Shown in pieces: positions 1-13,974 of a stretch of DNA of 64,000 nucleotides. Position numbers and translations under genes: made by a program. Below the pieces are notes generated by a model that saw only the letters and a program-made list of their open reading frames with translations, searched no databases and had not been told where the DNA came from. This DNA is from Trichosphaerium sp. ATCC 40318 (lineage: Eukaryota; Protista; Tubulinea). The stretch spans positions 248,001 to 312,000 of the forward strand of contig JALMLS010000342.1 in NCBI GenBank assembly GCA_038496445.1, read 5' to 3'. Position 1 is the stretch's first letter; each line of letters starts with the position of its first letter.

Positions 1-1080
1 GAACAACGCAGCCTACGTCAGCTATTCCCAAGAGCTTAGCAGTTTTGTGAAAATACACTATTTCCAAGAACTTCTAAAAAAAACCGCCGAATTGATGGAG
101 CGGCACACAACGCAAGAAGCGCACCCACGAGCAGTACAGTTGATAGCTGTAGTACTACACCTATTCCCTTTTCACTTCCGTGTAAACAACAAAAGCTGCA
201 AGAGGTTTGTTCAATTTGGGTGTGCAACCAACTTTCAATTCCCAACAACACGAAATCACTTTCAGACCCTTCTCCAGGCTTACGATTTCGAGTACTACAC
301 GTTCTACGCGAAACGAATGAAAGATTCCGTGAAGCTAGCGCAGATTCGGATTTCGTTACGCCAATACTCGCTCGAAAAAGCGAAGCCGAAAACTCAAGTA
401 GTGAGCTTTTTTACTGCCTTAAACAATCACGACTCCCCACAGATTTAGCCCGCCAAGTTTTTGAGAAAGTACTTTGTTTCGCCCAATATTGTTGCTTGAA
501 TACTATTCATAATTTTACTTTTTATTCGTTGTACAACTTTGGTTATTCCCGCAAGCATTACACTCTTGCGAACTTTTTTACAGTAAAATTTTTGAGTTTC
601 ACATCTAGTTGTACAATTTATCCTGTTTGGTATTCCTTAGAATTGTCTTGCTTTTTAAGAATAGCTTTAATAGACCAAGACAGTGCAGATGCATCTTTCG
701 GGGCGTGAAGAGGGGGTAAGATTGTATCTTGAGGTGGGTACACGCAAACCAATGGCCTGTGAGGAGCCTTCTGGTAGAACTCGCTACCGTTTTCTGTGTA
801 AAAATAATAATGCAGTTGGTATTGTCCTTTGCAGTTTCCTGATTGAATCGGCTCAATGTTGTCATAAGGCTGTAATCCAGCGTGCTTTAAAGAGAATTGG
901 GAACCTAAACAAAATGTTAGAAAGTACAACAGAGATAGTCACTCGTTACGAGGGTATCTACTACTGACAGTAACTATTGCGTTGCAGGACTTACAGAAGG
1001 TTTTATACTCGGGTAGGGTCATTTCTTCTCGTAAATTGTTCGGTATTTTTGACTCCTACGCAAAGATAAGAAGGAGATAA
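1..1080 (+). CDS. Hypothetical protein, 5'-truncated, probably spliced
   Basis: ORFs 47..448 and 683..967 could be joined by an intron (gtgagc at 401, cag at ~688). No recognisable domain. Confidence 0.3.
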
Positions 1081-4000
1081 TTAGATTTATCCTGTGCGTC
1101 ACATGATTTAAAACGAGTTTTTTTACAACTTCGTCGGGAGTTGTAGGTTAATTATTTTGTAACAACGTGTTTTGTTTTGAAATACGTACTGAGCAGATGG
1201 TGTTCGAGTGACGCGCAATAGCTGAAGTGTTGTACAAAATGCTTTATAATGTGAAACACAACTTTTATTTAATTAACCCATTAGTTGCTCCAAAGCACTC
1301 GTAGATGAGAGATAGCGTGACCACCCTTCGTGTTCAGCTAACAACCCCCCATAATGGATCAGAGAACTTTTTCCATACCACGCTAGTTCAAATGTTGAAG
1401 CAAGATAAAAAAAAATACGCACCAGTCTTCAACACATCCAGAATTAGAGAAATGGTGTAAAGTTAAAAAGTGTTTTCTTTATCACTTTTAGTTTGGGTGA
1501 TATTGCCTTACCTCCGTGCAGTTGTTGAGCTTAATTGTTTTAAGTGCCTTCATTTCAAAGGGTGCTTACCCAGTTGGCGAGATTTGGTTGGTTCGTAATT
1601 GTACCTTTTGCAAAACCGCACCGTTCCGTTGTGCCTCCCCACGTGATTTATTTGAGACTCACGTGATTTTCTTGTCTTGTATCGACGCAACATCTAGGTC
1701 TTCTACGGTAACAAAAATAAAAACCAAAAAAGAGCTATGGTGATCAGACGTACCACATTAAGAATTTAACAAATACAAAGACGGAGGTACGAATCTGCAC
1801 TAGTACTACCATTTCCCAAGCTTTGTTCTGACTATTCCTAATTCGCAAAGGCTTACCCCAGCGTCACAACGCGTCTTGAGGCTCAATCCGTCACACAGTA
1901 CGATGGTTTTTTATGTATAAACCATAACTCGAGGTATACTACCTCCAGTGCCTCAGATCAAGTATGCATGCGATAAAATACAGCGACAAAGCCAGGTGCG
2001 TGGCTTTTCTTTCATTTTGAAAATATATATGTCTCTTTGTTTTGTCACAATATTCTGTTTTTTAAGGCTTTGACGGATACCTTGTATCCACTAAGCGTAA
2101 TATATTAGAGTACAAGACCCTACGGCATTAAAAATAAGGGAAAAAAAGCTGATAATGCGGAAGTACAAAAAGTGCCAAACGGAATAAGGCGCGAAATGCA
2201 CTAAAGTATAATTAGTACGTACGTAAGTAGTCGCTTTACGAATTTTGTTTTAACCATTGCCAGCCGCATATTCACCTCATTACGAAAATTGCAAGGTCTC
2301 ATAACACTCGCGTGCAGATTAAACGTTTTTTTTTGTCGTTTCGAGCCACGTGCTTGGAATAAAAAGGCTAAACGCAAAGTCAGGGCGATAATGGAACATG
2401 CAGTTACACAAATGAAAAACACCGTACCGAGGCAAACTTTCGAAACAAGGATGCTTGCGATCACAAGCTAGAACGCTCGTCCGTAAAATAGCGCGACTCT
2501 TCATTGTTTTATTTTCGTGAAGGCGGTGACACGAAATAAAGGCACGTAGATTCGTCCTCGTCTTTTTGGGCAGTTTGTTGTAATTCTGTTTTGGTCTTCT
2601 GCTTCCAGTTTACGTAATGACCATACATTTATTGCGTCTAATGACCGTCATCACGATTCGTTTGATGTCATACTGTTTAAAGTACGTTCGACACTGGCGA
2701 TACAATTACGTATTCTTCCTTAATTGAATGTTTTAAGTAGTTAGAGGTTATGAGAGCGCTGAATTGTTGACAACATATAACCCTTTGGTGGCGTAGTTTG
2801 CATGGTGACGAAAACTTGAATGTGTATTTTTACTTCAGTGCAGATAACAGCGCTAGTCCTGCCGCCAACTCCTACTAATACTTCGTGTAGTGCTTGCTGT
2901 GTGTGAGGTTTTTGTAAGTATAGAATACAACAAAATATTTTATGTAGTATTTTAGTATCACAAAGGTTTGTGATGCTTGAGTATGTTCGAGAGCGTTCGT
3001 GATTTTACTACTAATTTAAAATAGTTTATTATTTTCTAATTGAGTTGCACCGATATCACGTGGGTTAAAAATTATGTTGGATTTGCTCAAAATAACAATA
3101 GTTTATTTTTTCTTTTTCTTTTCTTTAGGTAGTACCGTATTCTTAAAAAAACTCACCCGACAAATTGTTTTGAGTACGTAGACGTTTCAGTATGAACGCT
3201 AATTATTATTAGTAGTACGACATCTCTTAGCATTGGTTGATTAGTTTATTTTGAAACTTTTAGTTGTGGCAAAGAGGTACAAGCGAGAGCGTTTTATAAA
3301 TTTTTTGAAAAAATTTTAAATTAGTCAACTTGTTTGTGAACGAACCTTCACTTATAACCTGAAAAAGAAGTAATTCTTATTTATGTTTTAGAGTGTAAAT
3401 TGAGTGAAGTCGTAACCGAGGAAAAATATCTCGAGACAAAACTGTAGTTTAGCTTTAGACTAAAGTTGCCGCGTACGTTTCTAGTATAAACCTATTGTGT
3501 TTTTCAAAAACTACACTACTATTTATAGTCCGGAAAACGTGCGCAGAAGTATTCAAAAAAATAAAATAAGCATTGGATTTGAATCTATCACTCCTTATTC
3601 GAAACCCGGGGTGTCTTCAGTACCGTTACTACATGAAGTCTGTCGCTAGAGTATGAAAAAAAAAGAAGAACAAACTCCGATTTAAAAAAGCTCAGCGTAC
3701 TAAACCAAAACACGTGCGTACCAGTCAATGTTATGCTAAATTTGTTTTAAATGGCGTCAAACGTGAGCAAAGTTGCTTAAGAGTTTACTTGCACACTTCC
3801 TCAGGACTTTCGAAAAAAAAACGACATAAAATCACAGACGATGGATTGAAGTTTTTTTTCCGCGTTTGGATGGCGTAACAGAGTTACGTCCTGCATTTAC
3901 GGTACGTACTATAACGAAATCAACGATTATGACATCAACTTGTGTCGCTATCCGAGAACGCCTATAACATATTATTGAACCAACACGTGTAAAGCATGAA

Positions 4001-4127
4001 CAAACAAAAAATCCCGCGTTGGCGATGTACACATAAAAATAACCTCGGAAGTTTCACGCCGGACTTTTAAAAACAGCTAATTCTCACAAGCACAGCATCA
4101 AGAGCTCCTTTCTAAAATTCCATTCCT

Positions 4128-5432
4128 ATGCACAACCCTATTTTATTCCCAAGCGATGGTACTATCACCTAACGATTCAATAAAGAGAGTTGACTTTATA
4201 TTTAGTTGCTAGCGAGAGCGAGCAAGAGCTTGTAGTTCCAAAGACAATGATTATAAAGAACGAGAGTTTAAAAACGATAACGAAGTACAAAACCGGGAAG
4301 AAACTGGGAGAAGGCGCCTCTTCTGTCGTCTACGCGGCCAAGACATCAAAAAAACATAAACGAGTAGCTTTAAAATTTTTCAAAACCAAATTTTATGCGA
4401 AACACGTGAGTCTTGTTGAAGAGGAGGCCAAGATTATTCGAAGTTTCAAACATCCTAATATTGTAAAGTTATTGGATACATCTGTTCAAAACAGTACGTA
4501 GATAATTATTGTAGCAGTAGAAAACGTGTTTCTTCCTTGTGAAGTAAAAAAATCTTTTCTGTTTTTTTTTTATTTTTATTTTTCGTATTATCATTCCTTT
4601 TTTGGCTCTGTTTCGAAAAAGGCTCTTTAAAAAACCCTTGCCTTTACTTTGTATTAAAAAAACACCAGTCACCACGTTTTGTTTAATGAATAATCACATA
4701 ACCCTCGTGTAGATGTTCCCGTGTTTGTTTTTGAAAGATGCAAAGCAAGCCTTGGAGTCACACTAGACGAAAGACCCTTTGTACTATTATCCACGTACAA
4801 AAGTATAATACGACAAATTCTTGGCGCCCTCGTAGCAATACACGCAGCCGGTTACGTCCACAGAGACGTTAAAGTTGGTACGCCCAGAACTAAGAAATAA
4901 AAAACAGCTCTAACTCAGTTTTGTAGAAAATATTCTTGTAGATTACGCGGGTTGTGTTAAACTAGCTGATTTCGGATTCGCAGTCACTGTTGATAAGGCC
5001 TTGAAAGGGGCTTCTAATGTAGCTGGCACTCGCTACGTACGCATTACTAAGTTTAAGCTTATCCTAACAACCTTGTAGTACATGCCACCTGAAGCTTTTG
5101 TAGCTCCGCGAGCGTATAATGAGACTTTTGATATCTGGTCTGTCGGTATACTCACATTTAAGTTGTTGGCACAAGTCGACCATTATGAAATGCACGGGCG
5201 AACCAAATACGGCAGTGAGCAAAAGATGATACAATTATACGCCAAGGGCACGCTTGACATGAAACCTTACAAGAAAGATCTGGGTCGCGAAGAATTTGAG
5301 TTCATTTCAGCTGCTTTAACTGTTGATTTCTTGAAGAGACCGAGCGCAGCGGAGTGTCTAAAACTTGCTTTTTGTAGAACACCACCGAAAAAAAGGAAGC
5401 ACAGAAGATTTTTGTCGGTCTCCAAGTCCTAA
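4128..5432 (+). CDS. Ser/Thr protein kinase (5 exons)
   Basis: Spliced product shows LGEGASSVVY, VALK, HPNIVKL, HRDVKVENIL, LADFG, GTRYYMPPE and DIWSVG. Introns are canonical GT-AG. Confidence 0.92.
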
Positions 5433-5671
5433 AGAAAGACAAAAAAATCACGTGATACAAACAAAACCAAAAACTCTAGAAACAAAATTTTGTCACCTGG
5501 GTTTAAAAATTCAGTGATGACCTCTGGGGTGCTAGTGTAAATAAACTGTATTAATATTCGTTCGTAACTCTTGAAGTGAATAAAAAAATACAAACAAAAA
5601 AAAAGTGTTGAGTGGTTTTTATTTGGATTACATGAGATTGTATCACATGGCTACTTATTGGTAGTAATACA

Positions 5672-7514
5672 CTACAGTTCGTAATCTTCTTCGTCAGTAT
5701 TAAGATCCACTGTAGGCGACCCTTTATCTATAAGCGCTGTGCTATTATGACGCTTTACTACAGGGTCGGCTGTGGATCGTGAGTGAGTGCGCATACGCCT
5801 AGGTTTGCGTGGTGGAGGAGCCAAACTGAGTGTTTGTAATCCTAAGTACACATTGGCTGATAACCTACATTCTGTTAGTGAAATTACTTTTGTATTATAC
5901 CATACCAGAAGAGGTACCACCATACTACACGACCAACTGGTTTTGTGGTTACGCCCATTGCATAAGGAATGTAAAGAGCTACCATTAACACTATTATAGA
6001 GGCAATACTGAGCAGCTTGATCAACATCTAGCATGGTCATTAGTGAGTATTAATTCTCTATCATTTTGTACTTACATCTCTAAGTGCTCTTTGCCTTTGT
6101 GTAGTTGCTGATGACTGTAATTTGGCAGCATTAGCCTTATATACACTGTATACGCGTGCTATAGTTACAACACAATATAACACAGTACATATCGATGTAA
6201 TAGTATAGAACAAAGCAGTCGCAAATGCCATCTGTCAACAAGAATATTAGCAAAAAAAGCTAATGGAAACACATTTTTGACGCACAGCACGTAGTAAAGA
6301 AGGGAATATAGCCCTTAGCATAGATGCTGCAAACTCTTGCAACAATAAAATAGCCATCCATGCGAAAAAAACCCAACGATACGTGTCAAGGAAGGCAGGA
6401 GCGTAAATACTCATCTGTTTGAGGAACTCGTGCCTAAAATACCATCAGTTTTTGTCAAAGGGGTACATATTTATGACATACCAGTACAGGGCAACAAGCA
6501 TTGTTGGTGCAAGAATAAATGGTAGGGAAAGAGTAACAAGAATTTCGTTCATGTAGTACGGGTAAATGTTCCTTGTTCCCAAAGGATCAATAGGAAAATA
6601 AGCAAGCATCACTAAGAGTGGTCAGTACAAAGTGTCGCAGTGTTATGTAAACGAAAGCCCAAGTCGTACATAGAGATGCGAATATACCAAAACAGATACC
6701 AACAAATCCAACACTACATTGTTTCTTCTTTCGCGTGACGTATTGCACAAACCTAAGGGCATTCAATGAACAAGCTTGCTGGTACAGCTGGAGACATGTG
6801 GTTGTACTCACCTTACAGAGGCAAAAACGAGATTTGCTAGAATGAACAAAGTCATGCTAGCTTGCCACACAATCATACCAATGGACGTGTAGACGTCGTA
6901 CCAGTCGTTGTTTTCTACTTCCATTAGAGGTCTCTAGAACTTTGTTTGTAGCGTACGTGGTAAGATTAGAGCTTCCATTGTAATGTTAACGTTGTCTAGA
7001 GGAAGATTATCAATGTCATCTTCGTCAACAGCCACAATTGGTATTGTAATGTCATCGGTATTCGACCCGTCTACAAAGTACATCTCGTTCCCAGGGCGAG
7101 AGTCACTACATACAATAGCTTTTGCTTGTAGTAGCTCTCGAAATTTAGGCTCAAATGGAATGGCGCAATCACGCAATATAACGATGGCTCCTGTGTAGTC
7201 GTTAAACCTGCGCTAAAAGTAATGATTTTGCACCCGAAATGTTGTTTGCAGTTGACAAAACAAGTTGTCCTGTAATGTTCGCAAACTCTAACGAGTTACC
7301 GCCATATTTTAATGGCCATACCCTAGTGCATATTTAGGGGCATGCTGGGTAGCTGGTTGGGAACTTGTACCTTAAAGTGGCGTTTTGTCCGTTTGAAGAC
7401 TCCACAAACATTTGCGTAGCTACCAAAGGCGCACATACTAACTAATTAACACGCGTAAACAAACCGTTGCGTACGGAGAATAAGCAAGTAGATTATCGGC
7501 GTGTAGTGTGTCAT
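5672..7514 (-). CDS. Signal peptide + PA (protease-associated)-like domain + multi-pass (about 7 TM) membrane protein
   Basis: Hydrophobic N-terminus MTHYTPIIYLLIL. PA-like segments (YTGAIVILRDC..F, AKAIV, DITIPIVAV). TM exons carry IDPLG and ALYWHE; Ser/Arg-rich C-tail. Confidence 0.65.
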
Positions 7515-7740
7515 TTGATAGTCTATATTACTATCTAACCATTCACAGTTCAAAAGGATAACGGTGTTTGATCTTTTGTCGTGTTGTGGCTGACTTTTAC
7601 TCTGTTTGGCGTTTACACGTACAGTGGATTGCTAAGCGTCTATGTCAGCTATTTTTGACTAGATGACTTTTTTCAACAACAAATTAAAACAGTGGTAATC
7701 AAAATTCAGCACTATTCATAACCCTTCTTGATACACAGAG

Positions 7741-9303
7741 ATGGCTCGCTTGAATGTACTGGTACGTACATATTATACGTTGCAGAAAAGCAAAATAGAT
7801 ACGAAGTATTAATAAGCGTTGTAGGTACTCATAAGCGCTACAGTACTTGTTCTGGCTGCGAATGCCATTCGTTATCCCACAAAATACTGTAATCCAGGCA
7901 CAAAACTACCTATGGAGAAAAAAGAGCACGGAGCATCCTTACAACTGGTCCAAGGCATTCGAATTGAGTAAAATAACGTGTCATTAATTCCAATTTGCAG
8001 TATTGACAAGACATGGAGACAGATCACCTGTTCACGGATGTAAATGGACTGGGTACGCACATGTCAATGCAACCGTCCCATAATGCTCAACATAGCAACC
8101 AACATTTCAAGTGTGACTCATCATCTTACCTTGGGTTTGGTACTACTGAGCTAGAGCAACCTCTGTACAAAAAACAATACATTTCCGGTTGCGAGAGAGG
8201 TTAGAAATTATATGGCATGCCAAATTACTTATTACAACAAAAGGTCAGTTGACAGGTCGCGGATTTCAACAACACGTTACAAACGGCAAAGAAGTTCGTA
8301 GATACTACACAGAAGTATTAGGTTTCTTACCAGAAAAATGGGAAATTCCTGATTCTGTGTATTTGAGAAGTACTGATTACATGCGCACTATTCTCTCGGC
8401 AGAGGTAACTTTATTGCAACTTTGTTCTCCTAATTTCAATAGGCATTTATTAATGGTGTATTTGGAACAGAGACAAGCTTTAGACGTACAGTGCTCACCA
8501 TGAATAAAGAAAGAGACGTTTTGTATCCAAACCCAAGAAGGTGTCCTTTATTGCAACACAACTACGAAGCTTTTGAGGAGTCAGCTCTAAACAAGGATCA
8601 TCATGAGAAAGTCACAAAGCCTCTAAGAGTTGACATTGCTAAGGCACTTGGTATTGAAGAAGAAGAAGTCCAAGGCATGGAAGTATACGCTGATTGTGCA
8701 TATTGTTACTTATGTCACAACATGGATATTCCAACAGCCATAGATCAACATCTTTTTGACAGAATTAGTGAAGAGTTTTTATGGCGCTACAGGTACCCTA
8801 TCGCTCATATTATCTGTGTTTACAGTATTCTAGAACGAGAGGAGGATACCCATCTCCTATTGAAAATGGAAGGCTTGGAATTGGTGAAATCTTGAAAATA
8901 TGGATTGACAATGTTAACACAAAGATTGCTGACGCAAACTCTCCACTTCAGCTTTCTGTAATGGCGGTAAGAGTTGTTTAATTTTTGTTGATCTGGCCCT
9001 TCGCAATTTTAGTACTGACTAGCGTTCAAGGCACATGACACAACTCTCCTTCCTCTCCTAGAGGCTTTCCAGGTTCTCGAAGAATGGCCAGGTTATGCAG
9101 CGACTGTAATTTTAGAGCTATGGGAGACTGAAGGTACTCACGCCATTCGTCTACGTGTAAATGGCGAATCTGTCCTTATACCAGGATGTGACAAAGAGCT
9201 ATGCTCATTTAACTTATTTATGGATAAAGTTGCCAAACAATTTTTGCCTATTGAGGGAGAATGCTTTCGCTCGCCACAATCCAAAAACAAACCAGAATTG
9301 TAA
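7741..9303 (+). CDS. Histidine acid phosphatase (branch 2, lysosomal/prostatic-like)
   Basis: RHGDRSP catalytic motif (~8010), GQLTGRG, YLRSTDYMRTILSA and AHDTT acid motif (~9032). N-terminal signal peptide. Confidence 0.92.
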
Positions 9304-9516
9304 ATAAACATTTCTTGGATTTTACGTGCACAGTACAACCAAAAGTTCTATTACATTTTCCAGACCACGAACGCCACCTACGCTATCACCAATGGAAATC
9401 TATTGAACAATAATTGATCTGTCACATTACTTTGGGATAGAACCATTTTAGTGCCAGGGTTGCCCTGATTTCGGTGAAGAAAGTTTAAATTGTAGTTTCT
9501 AGATTCAGTACAAACC

Positions 9517-12022
9517 ATGAAGCTTCTCTTGCTATCTTTAGCATTTGCTCTGACAGCAGCACTTGTACAAGACTCTGTCGATTATGATCGCGTACCAAAC
9601 GTGCCAACCCATTACTTTACAGCCCCAAAAGGTATCGTATATTTATCATTTACGTACCACTAATAATTTATAGGCATGAAAGCACTTGCAGGCCCATTTG
9701 AAGGTACAAGAGTACGTGTTTTATTTTTCAATTTATTATTTAACCAAATGTGTCTAACGGGTTTAGACCGATGTAGCCTTGGCTTACATGCGACTCAAAC
9801 ACCCTGGAACGCAATGGACAGTAACAAGTGATTATCAAACAAAACATAATGGCGTAGAACACGTTTACTTGCGTCAAGTAATCAACGGCATAACAGTACG
9901 CTTTTTTTCTACTTAACGAACCCTTTTGTAGAAAATTCGACATTAAATTCCAAAACGTGCTCTAACGCTATTTCCGCTTTAGATCGTAAACGCCGTTGCT
10001 AATATAAACATTCTCAATGGCATGATCCTTAATATGGGCCACACTGTCTACGATATTTCAAGAGGCACACCTGAGATGCCTCCATCAGAGCTTCCATTCG
10101 GCCATTTGACTCCTCAAAAGGCACGTTGTGATCAAATGTTACTTGAGGCGCGAATTCGCTAATACTTCCGAAAAGGCACTTTACGCCGTTTTGGATCACG
10201 TGAAGAGAACTGACAAAGCTTCCATGGAAACACCAGAAACATCTTTCAGCTACATTATCCTTGAAAGCGGTGAGCTAGCTTTAGCACACAGAGTACGCAT
10301 TCGTATATACTATTAGCCGACTTCTAACGTAATCATCCTGTAGTTGGTTGTCGACTTGCACGATGACGTATATGAATCATACGTTGATGTTCAAACTGGT
10401 GAAGTCCACGGCTTGTACAACTGGGTCCAATCCGAAGCCCCAACAAACGCTGAATACACTGCATACCAATACCCAATCACCGATCCAGGAAAAGGTACAG
10501 GTGAGCGCTCAAACTTGATGAACCCATGGCAATCATTCGGTGATGCCAGTCCAGAAGGATACCACGACCAAGTACGTTTGATTTATTAACTTTAGTGTAC
10601 TCACGGTTTTTTTAGGGTACAGGTGAAATCTACCACGTGACTATCGGAAACAATGTATACGCACAAGAGAACCGTGATGGATCTAGCTCTTGGATGAACA
10701 ACTACAGACCAGATGGAGGTACAATTATAGCGTGGCGAGTTTGATGTACTAATGCTGTTTGTAGGTAATCCAAGCCAAGGACTTCTCTTCTCCTTCCCTA
10801 TCGACTTTGGTCAAGAACCACGTCAATACGAAGATGCTGCTATTAGCAACTTGTTTTACTGGAACAATCTCATCCACGATTTGTTCCACATTGGTGGTTT
10901 TGACGAAGCATCAGGAAACTTCCAAGAAAACAACTGGGGTCGTGGTACGTACAGAATAACCAAAAAACCAGAAGTATTTCGTTCTTCATGAATTAACTTT
11001 TTTAAGGCGGTCTCGGAAACGATGCCGTACAAGCCAATGCCCAAGATGGCGCTGGATTCAACAACGCCAACTTCTACACACCACCTGATGGTACGTCAAA
11101 ATCTTATCGAACTCCGACTCACTTCTGTCTTCAGGTCAAAGACCACGTATGCGCATGTACCTATGGACTAGCGCCACTCCTAGAATCGATGGAGATCTAG
11201 ACTCTGGTATTATTGTACACGAATATGGTCACGGTATTTCCAACAGGTACTTAGAAGACTATGATTTTTTTTTGTGAGCACAGTAACTTTTATTGACACC
11301 TTTAGATTGACTGGAGGTCCAAGCGTCGTTAACTGCCTAAGAAGCGGTCAATCAGGCGGTATGGGCGAAGGTTGGGGTGATTGGTGGGCAGTGATGCTTG
11401 AGACTCAAGCCTCTGATACCGCTAGTTCATCTTTCCCAATGGGCGTATATGGTAATGCTTCCAGTTGCTTGTTTAAATATTAATACTTTATGTAGCTACT
11501 AAAAACCCAAAGGGCATCCGTAACTTCCCATACTCTTACGATATGAACACTAACCCACAAACTTTCAAGTACATCTCTGAAAGCGGATACAGTGGTGTCC
11601 ATGCTAAGGTGAGTCACAACATTTATGCTTGCTTATTAACTGTTATGTCAGGGAAGTGTTTGGTGTGAGATTCTCTTTAATGTCTACTGGGAATTGAGAA
11701 CCGCAAACGGTTATGACCCTGACTGGATTAACGGTAAAGGAGGTAACAACGTCATCTGGCAAAATGTCATCGACGGTCTCAAGTAAGTATTAGCCCTCAT
11801 CCCTGGTGTATTCTAACCTAACAACTTTCTAGACTCCAACCTTGCAATCCAGACTTTGTCCAAGCTCGTGATGCTATTATTGAAGCTGATAAAATTAACT
11901 TTGGCGGTGTTAACGTTTGCACAATGTGGAAGGGATTTGCCAGACGTGGTCTTGGTGTCAACGCTGTTGCAACTTCCAACCCTGTCCGTGAAGACTTCAC
12001 CACCCCATCAGAGTGTCAATAG
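9517..12022 (+). CDS. Fungalysin-family (M36) zinc metalloprotease precursor
   Basis: Signal peptide [10 protein letters not shown], propeptide, [46 protein letters not shown] and [14 protein letters not shown]. Confidence 0.95.
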
Positions 12023-12076
12023 GCACAAAATCACACCTATTAAATACATTTGTATTCGTTTTATAAAAGTACATGT

Positions 12077-13491
12077 TTATTTCATTTCGTCAGCTTCATC
12101 TTGTTGTGAAGAAACTGGTGTTTGTTTCCGTCTTGTGTGCCAACATTTTTTTTTGAAACCTCTTTTCTTTGTTGCTAGTTTATGATAATTTACATTAGAA
12201 TCATCAAGGTTCTCACTTTCCTCACTCTCTTCATCTTCTTCGTCTTCGTCCTCTGCTTTGTCTCCTTCACTCCCTTCGCTATCTTGTGCACTTTCATCCT
12301 GTTCATTTTTTTCATCAGAGTCAGCGTTAGCTGCATTTTTATTGTCTTTACTATCATTGTCAATAGATTCTTCTTTTTCTTCTTTTTCTTCTGCTTCGTG
12401 TTCATTATCCTCTTTGTTCCCTTTATCATTTGTGGATTCTATTTCCATAGCGTCACTTTGGTTATTGTCCTGCGCTCCAGTTTTATCTTCATCACTATCG
12501 TTTTCTTTTGTGGTAGCTTCTTTTACATTATTGTCGCCTTCAGTACTCTGCACTGGTACTCTTACACTTTTCTCCTTTTTTTGCTGTTTTCTGGGCCTCC
12601 TTGGTCTCTCCACACTGCTGTCAGGTTTCTTACGCTTTGGTTTCTTTTTGGGTGTTTTACTTGACAGTTGGACTGAAGCAAGATCTGCTTTGGAGTATTT
12701 TGCGAGTGTCCGTTCTAAGAGAGCGTTTATGCGCTCTTCTTCAGTCTTTAAAACAATGTCAGTGTATTCAAAAGGGCAAAGGGGTAATGAGGTGACAGTA
12801 GTCATACCAGCATTTTTTTCGGCTCCTCTTTCAACTTTTGTTGTTTGTTTGCTCGCTCCTCTTTTTTTTTCTTCTCTTCAGCACGCTTACGGGCAAACCT
12901 TTGTAAAATACTTTCAGCAGCGGATGCTTTGGCAGCAGATGCTTTGGCAGCTTGTTTTTGAGATTTATTATTCTTCTCCTTCTCTTCTTCCTTGGTAATC
13001 ACCATGTTCTCCAAGTTGGCTTTCATGGCTGTTGCATCAAGTTAGTTTATTGTCATTTACGGTTGACACTGACATACCATCTCTTACGCGTTCGTGAATG
13101 TAGTCTCCCATAGATTCAACAACAGCACTCACTTCCCGCTCTAAATCTTGAAAATATGTGGTTCTAGACAGTATTAAGTTGCGAATACGGAACTAGTACT
13201 ACCGTGCAATGATTTTTTGAACGTCTTGGGCAATTTGAAGGCGATTCTTGTTTGTAATTTCTCTACGTTCCAAAATACGCGAGCCCTCTATTAGATTTAT
13301 TGTTTTTTGCTTGTAATGCCCAATTACATTCTAGATTCGTCAATACTTTAATAGCATTGCGTAATTACCTTTTCCTTGAGGTCTTTTATTACTATTGAAC
13401 GCAGTTTATCGAATGTGCCATCTAGTTTGAGCTGCTGGAAGCATTTCTGCTCCTCTGCCGATTTGGCATTGTTATTAGTGGCTCTATACAT
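12077..13491 (-). CDS. BOD1/Shg1-like domain protein with long charged low-complexity tail
   Basis: First exon reads FQQLKLDGTFDKLRSIVIKDL, resembling the BOD1/COMPASS-Shg1 N-terminal motif. It is followed by K/E/D-rich ORFs 12802..13026 and 12077..12805. Confidence 0.6.
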
Positions 13492-13974
13492 TGTTACAGT
13501 GTAATGTCATCGTGCTCAATTGGAATTATTTTTATTTTATTTCTTTATTTAACGTCAAAAGAAGTCAACTAAGACAACTTCTCTTAGCATTAAGAGCACA
13601 GTTCATCAGGCCGTCGTACGGCGCTATTTAAGTTGAACAGTGTGACGCAGCCCTTTAACATTTTGCGGCTGATAACTATTATTACAAGAGCACCATTGAT
13701 CCTACAAGTCCGAGAGCCAAGTTCATCCATTTGTACTTTGTCGTCATCTCGCCAATAAAATCTCAATTGGAATTATGCTTGTTACTGTACTTACAAAATC
13801 GGTTAACTTAAATTCACAAAAAGTCAACGAATAACAACTTAACTGCAATACTGGAGATTTGTATTTACATAAAAGTACAGATTATAGGCGGTAGGTTGTC
13901 ACCGCTGTTGAAAAACTCACGCCTTACGCGTGTCACCTTTTTTTTTTTTTTACCCTTGTCATTCAAGGCTTTCA

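Noticed and set aside
1737-2471. Possible small spliced gene
   Set aside because: Splice-like signals are present, but I could not build a consistent stop-free model or recognise a domain.
5447-5457. Recurrent TCACGTG(A) E-box palindromes (e.g. ~1659, 5449, 18220, 41315)
   Set aside because: They occur in 3' flanks and introns as well as upstream regions; no positional consistency could be shown.
12182-12998. Long hydrophobic or Ser-rich ORFs on the + strand
   Set aside because: Antisense shadows of the K/E/D-rich tail of the minus-strand gene.
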